Assembly: GCA_004431415.1 (NCBI GenBank)
Contig: QPMI01000674.1
Location: forward strand, 1-64,000
Origin: Cyanophora paradoxa CCMP329
Lineage: Eukaryota > Plantae > Glaucophyta
Reading direction: 5' to 3'
DNA length: 64,000 nt
Shown here: in pieces, positions 42,056-53,566 of the stretch
How positions within the stretch are numbered: position 1 is the first letter of the stretch
Layout: each line of letters starts with the position of its first letter
Program-made: the position numbers and the translations under genes
The notes under the pieces: generated by a model
Told to the model about the DNA's origin: nothing
The model's database searches: none
What the model saw: only the letters and a program-made list of their open reading frames with translations

Positions 42056-45000
42056 ATGTCGTTCCTGAATCCGAGACCCGATGCACGAGTAATTAATTCG
42101 ACCACGCAGATAGAGGACACTGACCAGGTAAACACCGAAATTCGTGGGTCTATCAGAATAAATTACAATGCAGACCGCGAAGATCCAGTCAGTGGAACAC
42201 CGAGCAGACCCGCAGCTTTGCAGTTAATGAACGTCGAGAAGGGGGATCATAAACTTGGAATCGACTTTTTACTTGATGATAACGAGCGAAACAGAGTTGC
42301 CAGCATCCAGGCGACTCGTCAGTTACCGAAAACAGTGCGCTATAATCGCAGGAACATTCCCAAAGCATTCGACAAGGGTCGCTTAAACTTCTTTATTCAA
42401 GATGAGAGCGGTTTCCAGAATGCAGCTATGAGAATTGTGGATAATAGCACGCTTATAGCCGGGGTTTCAAACAGACAGACAAAGGTAGAAATTGTTCACG
42501 GTTTATCTACAAGTAATTTGACAGCAAGTAACATTACCACGAATACCCTCAACGTAAACTCGCTTAACTCCGAGTCGTTTTTCGCCACTAATGTCGCTAC
42601 ATGCAATCTAACCCTTGATTCCTTTATAATTCAGAAGAGCAACACTGTTCCCCAAATCACAGAGGGCGTTTTTACAGTAGATCCCGCGAAACCGACCTTA
42701 GAAATTGTCGAAAATGGGAACGTTGTGGATATAATTGGCGCCAATGCTCCGAATGTGAGATCCTTAGCACTTGATAAAACGACTATATCATTTGCAGAAG
42801 AAATTCCGGCATTTACCACAGAGAAACAGGCACTGAGAACAGATCATGTTCACATTACCAGAGACAATATAAACGATCTTTTGGGCAAGGACATTGTAAA
42901 GGCGTTTTTGGAGTTTGAAAGGAGCAAGAACACCAAAGATTCCAGCCAGGATGGAACCCTCACGACTCACACAACCGAAATAGCCGCAATACAATCGGAG
43001 ATTAATGCTCTGTTTGCAGCAGATGGAGCGCTTGCAATTTCTTTGGCTCACATTCTCTCAAAAAGGAACATTTACCCTTCTATCGATAACACATACCGAG
43101 TTGGTCTCTCGAATCTGAGATGGTCAGAGGTTCATGGAGTTTCCATGTTTGCCTCCAATTTAATCCTTCCATTAAATCACTCACTCCGACCTAATCAGAT
43201 TCTTACCAATGATAATGCACTGATCAGCTACACCGACTATAATAGTAACCTTTCCCGCTCGGTTTCGCAAACTGAGACCTACACTGTCGAGGGATACCCT
43301 CAGCAGCTCGCAAATGGGGTCTATGTCGCTTATGTAGGCAAACCTACATATACATTCACTTGGGATCAGTTGGGTGTCACAGGTTTCGAGACGAATATAC
43401 CCACTGTTTCATTGGTGGATCACACTACTTATTATAATCCTATCTATAACAATAATGAATCTAATAAAGCATTTATCCAAAATGTCACCTCCACAGGGTT
43501 TCAGGTTTCGTTTGTCATTAACGAGACATACAATTTACTTATCATCCGAAACAACTCATTGAGTTCCGAAGCTACTATTAGTTTCACTCTTAACATCAAT
43601 TATATCACCCCTGAATTCGATAGCAAACCCAGAGTGAAGGTTTACCGAGATTTACAAGGTAGCAATATCGTGCCCTTCTCACAGAATTTCGATCTTGGGG
43701 CGAATTCTTTGAGGTGGAACACAGTTTATACTTTGAATGCAAACACCTGTAATATTGTGGTCGCAGGGTCATCGGCTACTATTGGAGATCTGACCGCCCC
43801 TTTCAAAAAGGAGTATCTTAAAGAGCTGTATATTACAAAGTCTGATTTACCAGATGCTATTTCGTTGGTGCTCTCCCCGACTCCCAGTATATCCTATCAC
43901 AATGTGAAAGACACCAGTAATGTAGTGCAGAGGGGAAGCAAAGTATTCCAGGCATCCGAGATATCAGCAACAACATATAGATACCTTGCAGCGGTTCCAG
44001 CGAATTTTAATTTCACATTTGAGACACCATTTGTTTCCCTCCTACTATTGAAATAACTGACACGAATTTGTATGTGATCAATAATGGGTCGACCACCTCT
44101 ATTAACAATGCACCAGCCGGCTACTCCCCATTTGTTGCAACTAACATAACAACCACCGGCTTCACACTTGTCGGAAATGCAACAGTGACATATGCTCTTA
44201 CAGCATATCCTGTTGGGTTGTATTTTGCGAAATTTAATCTTTCAGCGATCCCACCTGTGTCCCTTTCTCCTCCCTTTACTATCAATTGGAAGGCAACAGG
44301 AACTATTCCGCGATTTGACCCCGAAGACCGCTTGAAAATAAGGTATCCTCTCGATGTGACCGACCTCCATACTACGAGAATAAATGGGCAGAATTTCGTA
44401 TTTAATGGAACCAATGCAACTCTGATCGATAATCGAGTAACGAATAATTACTTTTTCGATTCTCGATATATTAATACTTGCAATATTGTCATACAGAACA
44501 CGTTTGAGAATCGAAGTAAGACCTTATCAGTCACCTTGCCCACTCACTCGAATGTCTCAGATGGATTTCACTATTATCTTTTCAATCGCAATTACACCTC
44601 ATATATTCCATACCCTTCTGAGACTGTCAACATGAGCTATCCCAGAGTCACCCTTACATCGACCAATGCTGACTTCTTTGGATCCACGGACTTTATGACC
44701 TTCTTTGCTTTCACATCGTCCACAGATGGTCTCTTAGTTTATTACACTTTCAGATATGATGCTGTTTGGACTCAGCTTGACAGCCACCCAAATACAGATG
44801 TAATCGAAGTGGGCGATAAGAAATATATTAAAACCGCTTCCCCATGGGTTTGCACTGTCCGGCTCGATGACAGATACACTCCTAACCTAAATAGCATTGG
44901 AATGCACTCGACATGCAATATTTATGTGCAAGGTGCAATTTCGGCTACCAAATATTTCGAGGGAGGGAACTGTGATGCAGGGCATCGATTGCTATCGCGA

Positions 45001-45762
45001 AATGGATTCTTTGAGTCATTCAGTGGGACAGCTCTACCGCCCTTTATCAGGGACACAGTGTATGATACCACATGCAATATTTGGGTGTGTCGATCTGTGA
45101 GCAATCCGCCTGTGACAAAGGAATTATATAAATATCTGTCAGATACCTATGGTGCAATTACAGGGTCTTCAACAGGAAATCCAGCGACGGCTCCTATCGT
45201 ATTTGCGAATGCATACACAGCGCCCACATCATTAGCAGGGTCGACAGAGCCGCCACCAAACGATCCCAATCCGAACCAGCCTAACCCAGATCCCGATTCA
45301 AAAGATCCCCCTACAACTGATCCAGATCCGAACACGACACCTAATAATCCCAGTAATCCTACAAATCCAGTCGGATCGCCAGGAATGGATCCCGGGACGT
45401 TAGTGCTTCTAATTCTCTTGCCAATTCTCGGTGCCCTTGGACTTGTGCTTGCATACAAATTCCGAGCTTTATGTTGTGCTTGCATAGACAGAACCATTGC
45501 AGGAGCAGGTAATAAATACTCAACACCAGAGCTTAATGTGACCCAAACAGCCGAAGGAGATGTGGGGTTAGAGGTGAGGTCAGCCGAGGGGCATGGTCTT
45601 AGTGTAGTGAGAACTGATCAACCACCAGCAAGTAGGGCAGCACCCAAAAAATCACGAGCAGAACGAATGGCTGAATCAATAATGAATGAAAATGCAGACT
45701 TTATGGCGGAAATTGCACAACGAGAGGGCAGAACATACGAGCTTCTCCCAATGCGACCTTAA
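42056..45762 (+). CDS. Large fibre/spike-like protein with gp53/H-lectin-like modules and a C-terminal transmembrane anchor, one frameshift near 44040
   Basis: ATG at 42056 (MSFLNP). FETPFVS/PPTIEIT joins ORFs 41849-44056 and 44068-45762. DLGANSLRWNTVY fibre motifs, P/N/D-rich linker, LVLLILLPILGALGLVLAY-KFRALCCAC. Confidence 0.75.
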
Positions 45763-45791
45763 TTTTTGTAGAATGCCTTAATAGAGAAATA

Positions 45792-48700
45792 ATGACGGAA
45801 CCCATAGTAGAAACGACAGTAAAGAATGCTGTATTGGATAATCAATTTTATATAACCCATGCCAATATACCCAGTGAATCCAATGACCTAATCGTTAATC
45901 TAAAAGGCTATGTGATGGGAGCTATGGCTTCTAACCTATGGAATGACATTTTTGGTTACGAGTTTGGTCACATCTATGACATTGCAAATGGGATTGGCTA
46001 TGTGGATGCAATGGCAGGCACAGCCTTTCGCAATTTAAATTGCAACTGTGTGGGAGGGTGGATGTTTCAGATCTGTTCAAATGTCGATCCTACTATTGAT
46101 CCCGCCACGATTACCTTTGATTGCAATCTGTTTGCCCCCAAAACGATTTTCTCCATCACTTGCAATCTCGTTAATTCGGATGTGCCCATTGTGGCACCTG
46201 TAATAGGTGCATCAAATATGTATATCCAAAGAAATCCGGTCGTGCATACAGGCGCCGAATTTATATTAGGCGACAACACCCCAATTAGTCGAATCGAACT
46301 ACCCAATTCTCACAAGCATTTGTGGGAACATATCACCAATGCCCCATTTACCTATCCGCCCAGTTCTCACGAGCATTTGTGGGAGCATATCACCAATCGA
46401 CCATTAACCTTCCCACCTGATCCACACACTCATGATTACTTGTCTCTCAAAGGTGGTGTTATTTCATCTAATCTTACAATTTCGTCAAACCTTACAGTCA
46501 CAAGTAACATTTATGCCAGTAACATTAATGCCAGTAACATTTACAGCAGTAACCTATGGGCAAGTAATATTAATGGAAGTAATGTAATAGTCGATTATCT
46601 CACTGTGAAGATTGAAGCAAACCTACCAAATCATCCGACATCGAATGTTGTTTTAGATTGGTTAGCAAAGCAAAAACACACAAAAGCAGATATTACAGAT
46701 TTTGCACACACTCACACAAAAGATCAAATAACAGATTTCGCCCACACTCATTTATGGGAGCATATCACGAATCCGCCATCGACCTTCCCACCAGGAACAC
46801 ACACTCATGATTACTCAGAGATTACTAATAGTAACCACAGGCACCCATGGGAGGAAATAGATGAGAAACCACGTTTTGCATCGACAGGTGATTTAGTAAA
46901 TGGTGACGGATTTTATGGGGTTAGTTTCTATCAGAGTGACACCATTCCTGAAAGATTACAATTAAGTGAATACTATTTACACCGAAAAGGAATTGAAGCA
47001 GGCACCACAATGGAAGGAGAGCTATATGTTAAACAACCCACAAGAACAACATTAGTAGCAGCTGGTGGCGATGCATTAATAGACACCAAACCAGGTATAT
47101 TTTTAACAAGTTATTATAATGCGGATATCCCAGTTACAGCAGGTTTACCACCGCTTCCATCTGATCCAGCAACTTATGATGACAAAGACGCCATTTTACA
47201 AGTGAATGTAACAGATGTAAGCGCAACCGATGGTTCACGTCCGAAAATTATATTTAGTCGCTCGAAATTCAATTACATCCCACTTGTGGGACAACCATAC
47301 GATGATCACGGAAAATGCGAGATGGCGTGGATTAAAACAACAACAGGTGGCGCCTTAGAAGTCAATCAGAGAATGGCGGCTAAAAACTTACATAATGAAA
47401 CCCTTTCAGGTGTGGTAACAGATGATTACCTCGAAAGCAAAAACTATGTAGATGATACAGAACTTGCAGCAATTCTTGAAGATTATGTAACAGATACCGA
47501 ATTAACGTCGGCTCTTGGGGATTATTTACCTCTCACAGGTGGGACTCTTACAGGTGATGTGCATGCTCCGAATTTCTTTGTGGACACTCCGAATGATCAG
47601 TCATTCCCTGTTGTCCACCTTGGTGCTGAATATGTATTAGATCCAAACACTCCATTTAGTCGACTTGAATTACCCAATGTTCACAAGCATTTTTGGGAGC
47701 ATATTGTCAATCCCCCATCGACCTATCCACCTGATTCACACGATCATGATTATTTACCACTAACAGGTGGAACAATTGCAGGTGATGTGCATGCCTCGAA
47801 TTTCTTTGTTACTACTCCAAATGATCAAACATTTCCTGTTGTCCACCTTGGTGCTGAATATGTATTAGATCCAAACACCCCAATAAGTCGACTCGAATTG
47901 CCCACGAATTCCAAATTTAATGTCGCTGATGACTTCCCTAACAGTCAAAACCTCATGTATTTCACCTCTGAAAATCAGCTTTTGGGAGCATTCTCGCCCA
48001 TTGAGCTGTCGATACCGAAACAAAAGGTGAGCTACAAAGAACTCACAGATGTCCCGGCGGGATTTAGTGGTAAATGGACTGATATTACTGAGAAGCCAAC
48101 TTGGAGTAGTGTAGCATTCACAGGTGATTACTATGATTTAGCACGAATTCCCGATTTCACCACTTACATACCTCGCTGGATCGATCAAAGTGTTATTATA
48201 TCCGAATCTACACTCCCTTTCAATGGGACATGGGATAGGTTATTTACTAAACCGAATTTGCATGCTGTCGCCACAAGTGGAAACTACAACGATTTAACTA
48301 ACACCCCTATTGCACCGACCTTGCATGCTGTGGCTACAAGTGGGAGCTATACAGATTTAGTTAATACACCAAACTTGCATGCTGTGGCTACAAGCGGGAA
48401 CTATGACGATTTAATTAACACACCCACTTCGCCACCTACTCACAATCACAGCATAGAGTTGCTCACGAATTTCGGTAATTATGTGAATCCAAATGCATAT
48501 GTGCAACAAGGGACAGCGGATGTAGTTATACCTAATCAAGTTTATACAGTAGGGCAAGTGTTTACAGCATCAGGAACCGTTACATTTTCTACCCCATATT
48601 ATAGTGATCCAATAGTTAATGCTACTCTCGAAAACAGTATTATTTTAACAAGTGTCGATTTCACCAATAGCATATATCTCTCTGCTGAATATCAGTTCGG

Positions 48701-48854
48701 GAATCGCATTGGGTTCAAAAATAAATTCACTTGGATTGCCATATTTACTTGTTATTCGGCAATCAATTATACGAATGTGCCTCAAAACGAAAGAACGCTT
48801 AAACTTCATTGGATTGCTGTCGGACCTCTCCAAAACAATAATATTCTCACGTAA
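45792..48854 (+). CDS. Tail-fibre-like protein
   Basis: HxHxW repeats, HTKADITDFAHTH, YLPLTGG, LHAVATSG.Y.DL repeats, C-terminal H-lectin-like domain. Homologous to 8027-9735. Confidence 0.85.
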   Translation: MTEPIVETTVKNAVLDNQFYITHANIPSESNDLIVNLKGYVMGAMASNLWNDIFGYEFGHIYDIANGIGYVDAMAGTAFRNLNCNCVGGWMFQICSNVDPTIDPATITFDCNLFAPKTIFSITCNLVNSDVPIVAPVIGASNMYIQRNPVVHTGAEFILGDNTPISRIELPNSHKHLWEHITNAPFTYPPSSHEHLWEHITNRPLTFPPDPHTHDYLSLKGGVISSNLTISSNLTVTSNIYASNINASNIYSSNLWASNINGSNVIVDYLTVKIEANLPNHPTSNVVLDWLAKQKHTKADITDFAHTHTKDQITDFAHTHLWEHITNPPSTFPPGTHTHDYSEITNSNHRHPWEEIDEKPRFASTGDLVNGDGFYGVSFYQSDTIPERLQLSEYYLHRKGIEAGTTMEGELYVKQPTRTTLVAAGGDALIDTKPGIFLTSYYNADIPVTAGLPPLPSDPATYDDKDAILQVNVTDVSATDGSRPKIIFSRSKFNYIPLVGQPYDDHGKCEMAWIKTTTGGALEVNQRMAAKNLHNETLSGVVTDDYLESKNYVDDTELAAILEDYVTDTELTSALGDYLPLTGGTLTGDVHAPNFFVDTPNDQSFPVVHLGAEYVLDPNTPFSRLELPNVHKHFWEHIVNPPSTYPPDSHDHDYLPLTGGTIAGDVHASNFFVTTPNDQTFPVVHLGAEYVLDPNTPISRLELPTNSKFNVADDFPNSQNLMYFTSENQLLGAFSPIELSIPKQKVSYKELTDVPAGFSGKWTDITEKPTWSSVAFTGDYYDLARIPDFTTYIPRWIDQSVIISESTLPFNGTWDRLFTKPNLHAVATSGNYNDLTNTPIAPTLHAVATSGSYTDLVNTPNLHAVATSGNYDDLINTPTSPPTHNHSIELLTNFGNYVNPNAYVQQGTADVVIPNQVYTVGQVFTASGTVTFSTPYYSDPIVNATLENSIILTSVDFTNSIYLSAEYQFGNRIGFKNKFTWIAIFTCYSAINYTNVPQNERTLKLHWIAVGPLQNNNILT

Positions 48855-48874
48855 TAATAAAGAACAATCAAAAG

Positions 48875-49891
48875 ATGTCGACTGTGTTCACTCCGGTTTT
48901 TAGTTTGAGTGCCTCAGCTGTCCATAACGTGCAACACACTGTTTATGATCTAAACGAGTCATTCCCTTCGACTGAAACAGCGAAATCTGATTCTTTCAAT
49001 GAGACTTCCATACTCAGAGTCAAAGAACTCAGAGCCGACAAGGCTGGTGGAATCGTTAAAGCTACTCAAATGATCGTATCTAATCGACCCGCAAAAACAG
49101 GGGATCTAATCACCAAAGATAATCTATATGAAGGTCAAGCGGATTATAAAACAGCTTTTAATCCGGCTGATAGGAAATCAGCGGCTTTTCAAGTAGTTAG
49201 TGGTGGGGCATGGATTGGGACTGGACTTGGAGTGAATGGGAATGCAACAGTGAGCGGGAATGCAACAGTTACTGGAAGCCTTACAGCTGGATCATTTGGG
49301 ACAGTTAAAACGACGACTATTGATTCTGGGGCAAATACAGAGTTGGTGATCAAGCGAAATAATGAGAATATCGCTTCTACTTTCACAGCATCACACACTA
49401 ATGCAACAGGTGGGGCAGTTGCAGGAACTTATAGCTGGAAAGGTCTCACTATTAATGGGACTAATTCCTATCTTGCACTTCCTAATCATCCCCGGTTTTG
49501 TGTTGGTCTTTCTGGAACTGTAACTGGTTCGGCTTTTATTGGAGCCTATGGGCATACATTTCTAAACCATGGAAATCACGTAAATGTTTCCACAGGTTAC
49601 TTCACAGCTCCTGTGTCAGGTCATTACAGATTCGTGTTCACTGGCATAACAAGTCTAAATAATGTTGATACATATGTAGCATTTAGAGTCAATGATGGGC
49701 TTCCTAATGGTAAAAATCTCGATGGTTATACATCAGCGTTAGGAACGAACTATCATAGAACTATATGCTTAAATGTCATTGTAGCAATGTATGCTGGTGA
49801 CACAGGAAGGTTATATGTTGGAGGAACAATTATGGGAGCTGCTGGAACAGCAAATTGTCAATGGTCGGGCGAATTAATTTCAGCACTATAA
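48875..49891 (+). CDS. Structural protein with C-terminal C1q domain
   Basis: HPRF...NHGNHVNVSTGYFTAPVSGHYRF...WSGELI; ortholog of 6947-8007. Confidence 0.85.
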   Translation: MSTVFTPVFSLSASAVHNVQHTVYDLNESFPSTETAKSDSFNETSILRVKELRADKAGGIVKATQMIVSNRPAKTGDLITKDNLYEGQADYKTAFNPADRKSAAFQVVSGGAWIGTGLGVNGNATVSGNATVTGSLTAGSFGTVKTTTIDSGANTELVIKRNNENIASTFTASHTNATGGAVAGTYSWKGLTINGTNSYLALPNHPRFCVGLSGTVTGSAFIGAYGHTFLNHGNHVNVSTGYFTAPVSGHYRFVFTGITSLNNVDTYVAFRVNDGLPNGKNLDGYTSALGTNYHRTICLNVIVAMYAGDTGRLYVGGTIMGAAGTANCQWSGELISAL

Positions 49892-49899
49892 GTAAAAGA

Positions 49900-50163
49900 A
49901 TGTCGCACAACTATCAAGTTGTTCTAACTGACACTGAAAAGCTGGGAATGGAATACTGTGCCTACTCTGTTCAGGATTGGATCGATAATGCGGCTCATAA
50001 TAGGGCGAGAATCGCGATTGATGAGATTGTGGACAAAGAAGTTAAATCGTGCATTGCTGCTGGAATTCCGATTCCACTCACAAAGGAAGCGATTGTAGAG
50101 CAAGCGTTTGCAAGGGGAACTGTGCAAAAGGCAAGCGAAATTCCTGTGAGTGCTCCTATGTAA
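49900..50163 (+). CDS. Small phage-like protein following the C1q gene
   Basis: MSHNYQVVLTDTEKLGMEYCAYSVQDWIDNAAHNRARIAIDEIV resembles small proteins I recall next to C1q fibres in aquatic phages (not searched). Confidence 0.6.
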   Translation: MSHNYQVVLTDTEKLGMEYCAYSVQDWIDNAAHNRARIAIDEIVDKEVKSCIAAGIPIPLTKEAIVEQAFARGTVQKASEIPVSAPM

Positions 50164-50393
50164 AGAATTCGAATTCGAAGAATGAGAGATGGGTTTATTG
50201 TTATTTTTCATAGATCATGCATAAGAAAGGCATGTATCTTGCATAGTGGGCGGGGCGCGAGTGTATTTTAACGTGGTCTATCGTCGTACTTTGTCGATCA
50301 TCGTACTTTGTCGATGGGGTGCGCAAGTTTGTGCAGGTGGGCATTTTCGGCAGCACAAACTTGCTTTAAAAACTATAAAATAGAAATCATGCA

Positions 50394-50717
50394 TTAGCTC
50401 GTCCGAGTCTCACTATAACACTGTCGGCATTTATAGTAGAGACCATCCTTCGTACTTTGCTTTTTATTATACTCGCTTGCAGGCTTCTCAATCTTGCAAT
50501 CGGGGCATATTTTCGATTGTACTTCGATTTTCGGACGCGTTTTTAAGACTTTGTGATACAGGTCAAGGTGATAGTCGCGGTTGCACTCGATGCATCTTGG
50601 ATTCAATGCGACATTACCAGTTTTTAATTTACGCAAACCAAAACACGATGCAGGTCTATCTACTTTGCAGATAGTGCATTGCTTACTTTTGGGTAGTGGG
50701 AGTTGATTGCTCGGCAT
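50394..50717 (-). CDS. Small protein with two CxxC...CxxC zinc ribbons
   Basis: KQCTICKVDRP..CF...CIECN and KICPDCKIEKP..EY.K....DGL...CRQC. No nuclease domain. Confidence 0.7.
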   Translation of the reverse strand: MPSNQLPLPKSKQCTICKVDRPASCFGLRKLKTGNVALNPRCIECNRDYHLDLYHKVLKTRPKIEVQSKICPDCKIEKPASEYNKKQSTKDGLYYKCRQCYSETRTS

Positions 50718-50867
50718 CTTTATAGCTATATAGCGGGAAATCTTTAAGTGGGGATAAACGCATTTCATATGTTGATTTACGCTATCGGTGGGGGTCACCT
50801 TGATTTTTCAATTTGGGTAACTGAAAACAGTTTGGAAACGATTGGGAACATTTCGTAAAAATATGGG

Positions 50868-51068
50868 TCTTACTGTCCTTACTGAGATATCGAGAGAGGG
50901 TTTTAGGGCTTACTGGGAATGGTAAGGAATTAGAAAAATGAAGAATGGAAGGGTTTCGTGATTGGTTTCAGTAAGGAGAGGTTAGATGTTTGAAAAATAC
51001 AGTGCTATTTTATAGTTTGTTACTGAGCCTTACTGAGAAATTCGAAAATGGATAATGGGCTTACTGAA
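50868..51068. repeat. CTTACTG/CAGTAAG iteron array at the outer end of element C
   Basis: tcttactg, ccttactga, gcttactg, cagtaagg, gttactga, ccttactga, gcttactga within 200 bp, just before the GC shift. Confidence 0.7.
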
Positions 51069-51521
51069 TGTGGTAGTGGGGAAGGAAAGAAGAGGGCGCG
51101 CAATTGGTGGGGTTCTCCTGGAAGCGAGCTACTCGACAACAAGCCTCACCGAAGGACTGATGTCCAGCACGGTGCGATCCTCGTAATAATAAGTGCCATA
51201 GAGAATGGCGGCGTCGGTGAGACTGCGCACGCCCGCGGACAGTCAGCGGCTCGCAGTACTAGTTTATACCGGTACAAATTAAACGCGACGCATGCGCAGG
51301 TGCAGCTGCAGGTGCCTATATTTGATTGCATTTGCTCTTGAGATTCTATACGTATATCTAATGAAAATTAAAGCAGGATTCCGGGGGTACGACGCACGTG
51401 GCCTTCACGTAGCCGAGGCCGCCCACCACGCTGGACGCGACGAGGGTGCCGGTCTTGCTGGAGCCAGTCTGAAATGAATTCGAAGGAACAGCAGACTCGT
51501 TAAGCGGAATTCGAAGTTCAT

Positions 51522-52313
51522 TTATTTAAATAGGAAGCTCACCGAAAAGTAGATGGCGGTGGGGGCGGCGGGGTACGGGTGCGCGATGTGGAGATCGACC
51601 TCAACGGAGTAGTTCCAGTTGGACAGCGTCTTGATCTTGCCGACGAAGCCGCCGAGCGAGTTGTTTGTGGAGAGCTTAGTGTCCCAGAGGTCTCCGAGGA
51701 CGTCGAAGGCGCCCCGTCCGCTGGTGTAATTGTAGGTCGGCGAAGGGCCGCTGGGTCTCGGTACCGGCGTGACCACGGCGGTCGGGCTCGTGGGGCCTAT
51801 GGCGACGAGGCCGCCGGAGCCGGAGAGGGGCCCGATCAGCTGAGTGCCGTTGTTGGCCGCGGTGATGGCGGCGAGGAGCGCGTTGGCGCCGGCGGGGATC
51901 TTGAGCATGCCGGAGAGGGCCATGCCGGTCGCGTACGCCGAGCCGGCGGTCACAGTGAAATCGAAGGTCACGATTGCGACAGAGGCGGAATCGGCCGCGC
52001 AGGTCACGGTCGCGGTGTCGATCACGCCCGCCAGGGCTCTGAAACCGCTGCTGAGGGCGAGCTTCTTGTCGTTGCAGGTGGCGACCGGAATGGGGAGGGT
52101 CATCCTGAGCTGAGAGGCCCTCTTTGCGTCGCCCGTGCAGACGGTCGGGAGCCCGTCCGTGCCGGTATTCGCGGGCCACGTGATGGATCCCCCGGAGGTG
52201 GCTGCGGCCGCGGGGGCGGCGAACTTGCCGGAGACCTCGACCGTGCCGGCGGTGGCGCCGTCCAGCGTGATCGCCGGCTCGTCACTCGCGCTGGAGAAGA
52301 GAAACGGGATCTC
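51522..52313 (-). CDS. Terminal exon of a host gene (Ala/Thr/Gly-rich, probably extracellular)
   Basis: GC3-rich codons; on the minus strand a pyrimidine-rich tract plus CTGCAG acceptor (52319-52314) precedes EIPFLFSS; stop at 51522. Confidence 0.65.
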   Translation of the reverse strand, partial: EIPFLFSSASDEPAITLDGATAGTVEVSGKFAAPAAAATSGGSITWPANTGTDGLPTVCTGDAKRASQLRMTLPIPVATCNDKKLALSSGFRALAGVIDTATVTCAADSASVAIVTFDFTVTAGSAYATGMALSGMLKIPAGANALLAAITAANNGTQLIGPLSGSGGLVAIGPTSPTAVVTPVPRPSGPSPTYNYTSGRGAFDVLGDLWDTKLSTNNSLGGFVGKIKTLSNWNYSVEVDLHIAHPYPAAPTAIYFSVSFLFK

Positions 52314-52620
52314 CTGCAGAGCGAATGAAAAAGTATTGCAAGAAGCCCTCACATCGCACTCTGATCTCTCTTTATTGTGGATAGATTGCAAGGGGGGAAG
52401 GGGGCCCCCTTGCTTCCCGTTCCCTCGCTTCAGCCAAAAGTTTTCTATGAGGCCGTTTTCGAGGGCCAGCTTGCAACGAAATTGTCGGTTATTCGCGATC
52501 CGATTGGCTCGGTGAACCGGTCAGCTCTCGACTTTCGAGCGTCGAATTCGAGGGGAAAAAGTGGTTTTCGAGGGGAAAACTAATTATATAACTTCTCTCT
52601 AACTCCGGTCTTCGAATTCC

Positions 52621-52775
52621 TTGCGCGGTTCTGCATGGAACCAGTTCTCCCTAGCTGTCTCCTCTAGATTTCGGCTTCCTCGCAGTGCGTCGCGTACGCC
52701 TTGCTCTTCGTTGCGCGGTTCTGCATGGAACCACTTCTCTCTACCTGTCAACGTCTCCTCTAGATTTCCGCTTCG
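52621..52775. repeat. Two-copy direct repeat of ~60 bp
   Basis: ttgcgcggttctgcatggaacca...gtctcctctagatttc at 52621 and 52711. Confidence 0.8.
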
Positions 52776-53430
52776 TCGCACTGCGCAGCCTACGCCGCAG
52801 GGTACCCGTGCTGCGTGGACTAATTTTCAATGCATGCAGCTTGCACCGCTTTTTTTGCAAAAGTGGACGTCGCATTGATACACCACGGCACATGTATCAA
52901 TGTTCTACGTGACGTGCCCTTCCGACCGGTCATCTGTCTAGCCGAAGACGCTAGCAAGGTGCCGGCCATGGGTCGCTCAATATGGGAGGTTCGCCTGAGT
53001 GGGGGAGCCATGGTTTTCGGTGATAGCCGTAACCAGGCCCGCGCGCCCACCCCTTGATCAACTCCTCCATCCCTCATGAGCCCTGGAAGTGAAATGTCTC
53101 GCAGTCCGCCGCCCTCCCTTGCCGCCGCTCCGCCACCCCTCCTCCTCCTCACTCTGCCTCCTCCCTCCTCCTCACCTGCGCCCCAGGACCCGATTAATCG
53201 GTGTCCCGTTCTGTCGAGGTGAAGAAGGTGGTAGGAGGAAGATATGAGGAAGGAGAGGGAGTGGGCGGCGGCAGCGGGAGGGGGTGGGCAGCGGATGCGG
53301 GGCAGGGCAGGGAGCGGTGCCGGGACGGCAGAGTGGAGTGAGCGTGGGCACTGACAGGCGGCGCAGAGAGCGGGGAGTGCGGAGACGAGGCGGGTCGCGA
53401 GGGGTCGGGAGGGGTCGGTCTGAGTAGGGG

Positions 53431-53566
53431 GGGTGGCCGAGGCCAGAGGGGTGGCCGAGGCCGATGGGGTGGCCGAAGCCGGGGGGGGGGCCGAAGCCGA
53501 TGGGGTGGCCGAAGCCGAGGGGGGGGCCGAAGCCAGTGGGGGGGCCGAAGCCATGGGGGTGGCCGG
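53431..53566. repeat. 18-bp minisatellite encoding ASA(T/P)P(S/P/L)
   Basis: About 7 copies of ggtggccga(g/a)gccga.ggg. Confidence 0.85.

Larger units (their letters stand above)
28600..51070. mobile_element. Element C: ~22 kb endogenous Polinton-like virus, inverted relative to B, with a PolB-SF1 helicase-HNH fusion
   Basis: Nearly intact ORFs in mirror synteny with B; abrupt switch to GC-rich host DNA near 51070. Confidence 0.9.

Noticed and set aside
28600-51070. Terminal inverted repeats and target-site duplication for element C
   Set aside because: I could not find a convincing inverted match between its two ends or a TSD by eye.
50161-52620. Host identification from recurring GAATTCGAA motifs and GC-rich coding DNA (reminiscent of the glaucophyte Cyanophora)
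   Set aside because: A compositional impression only; there is no marker gene in the window.
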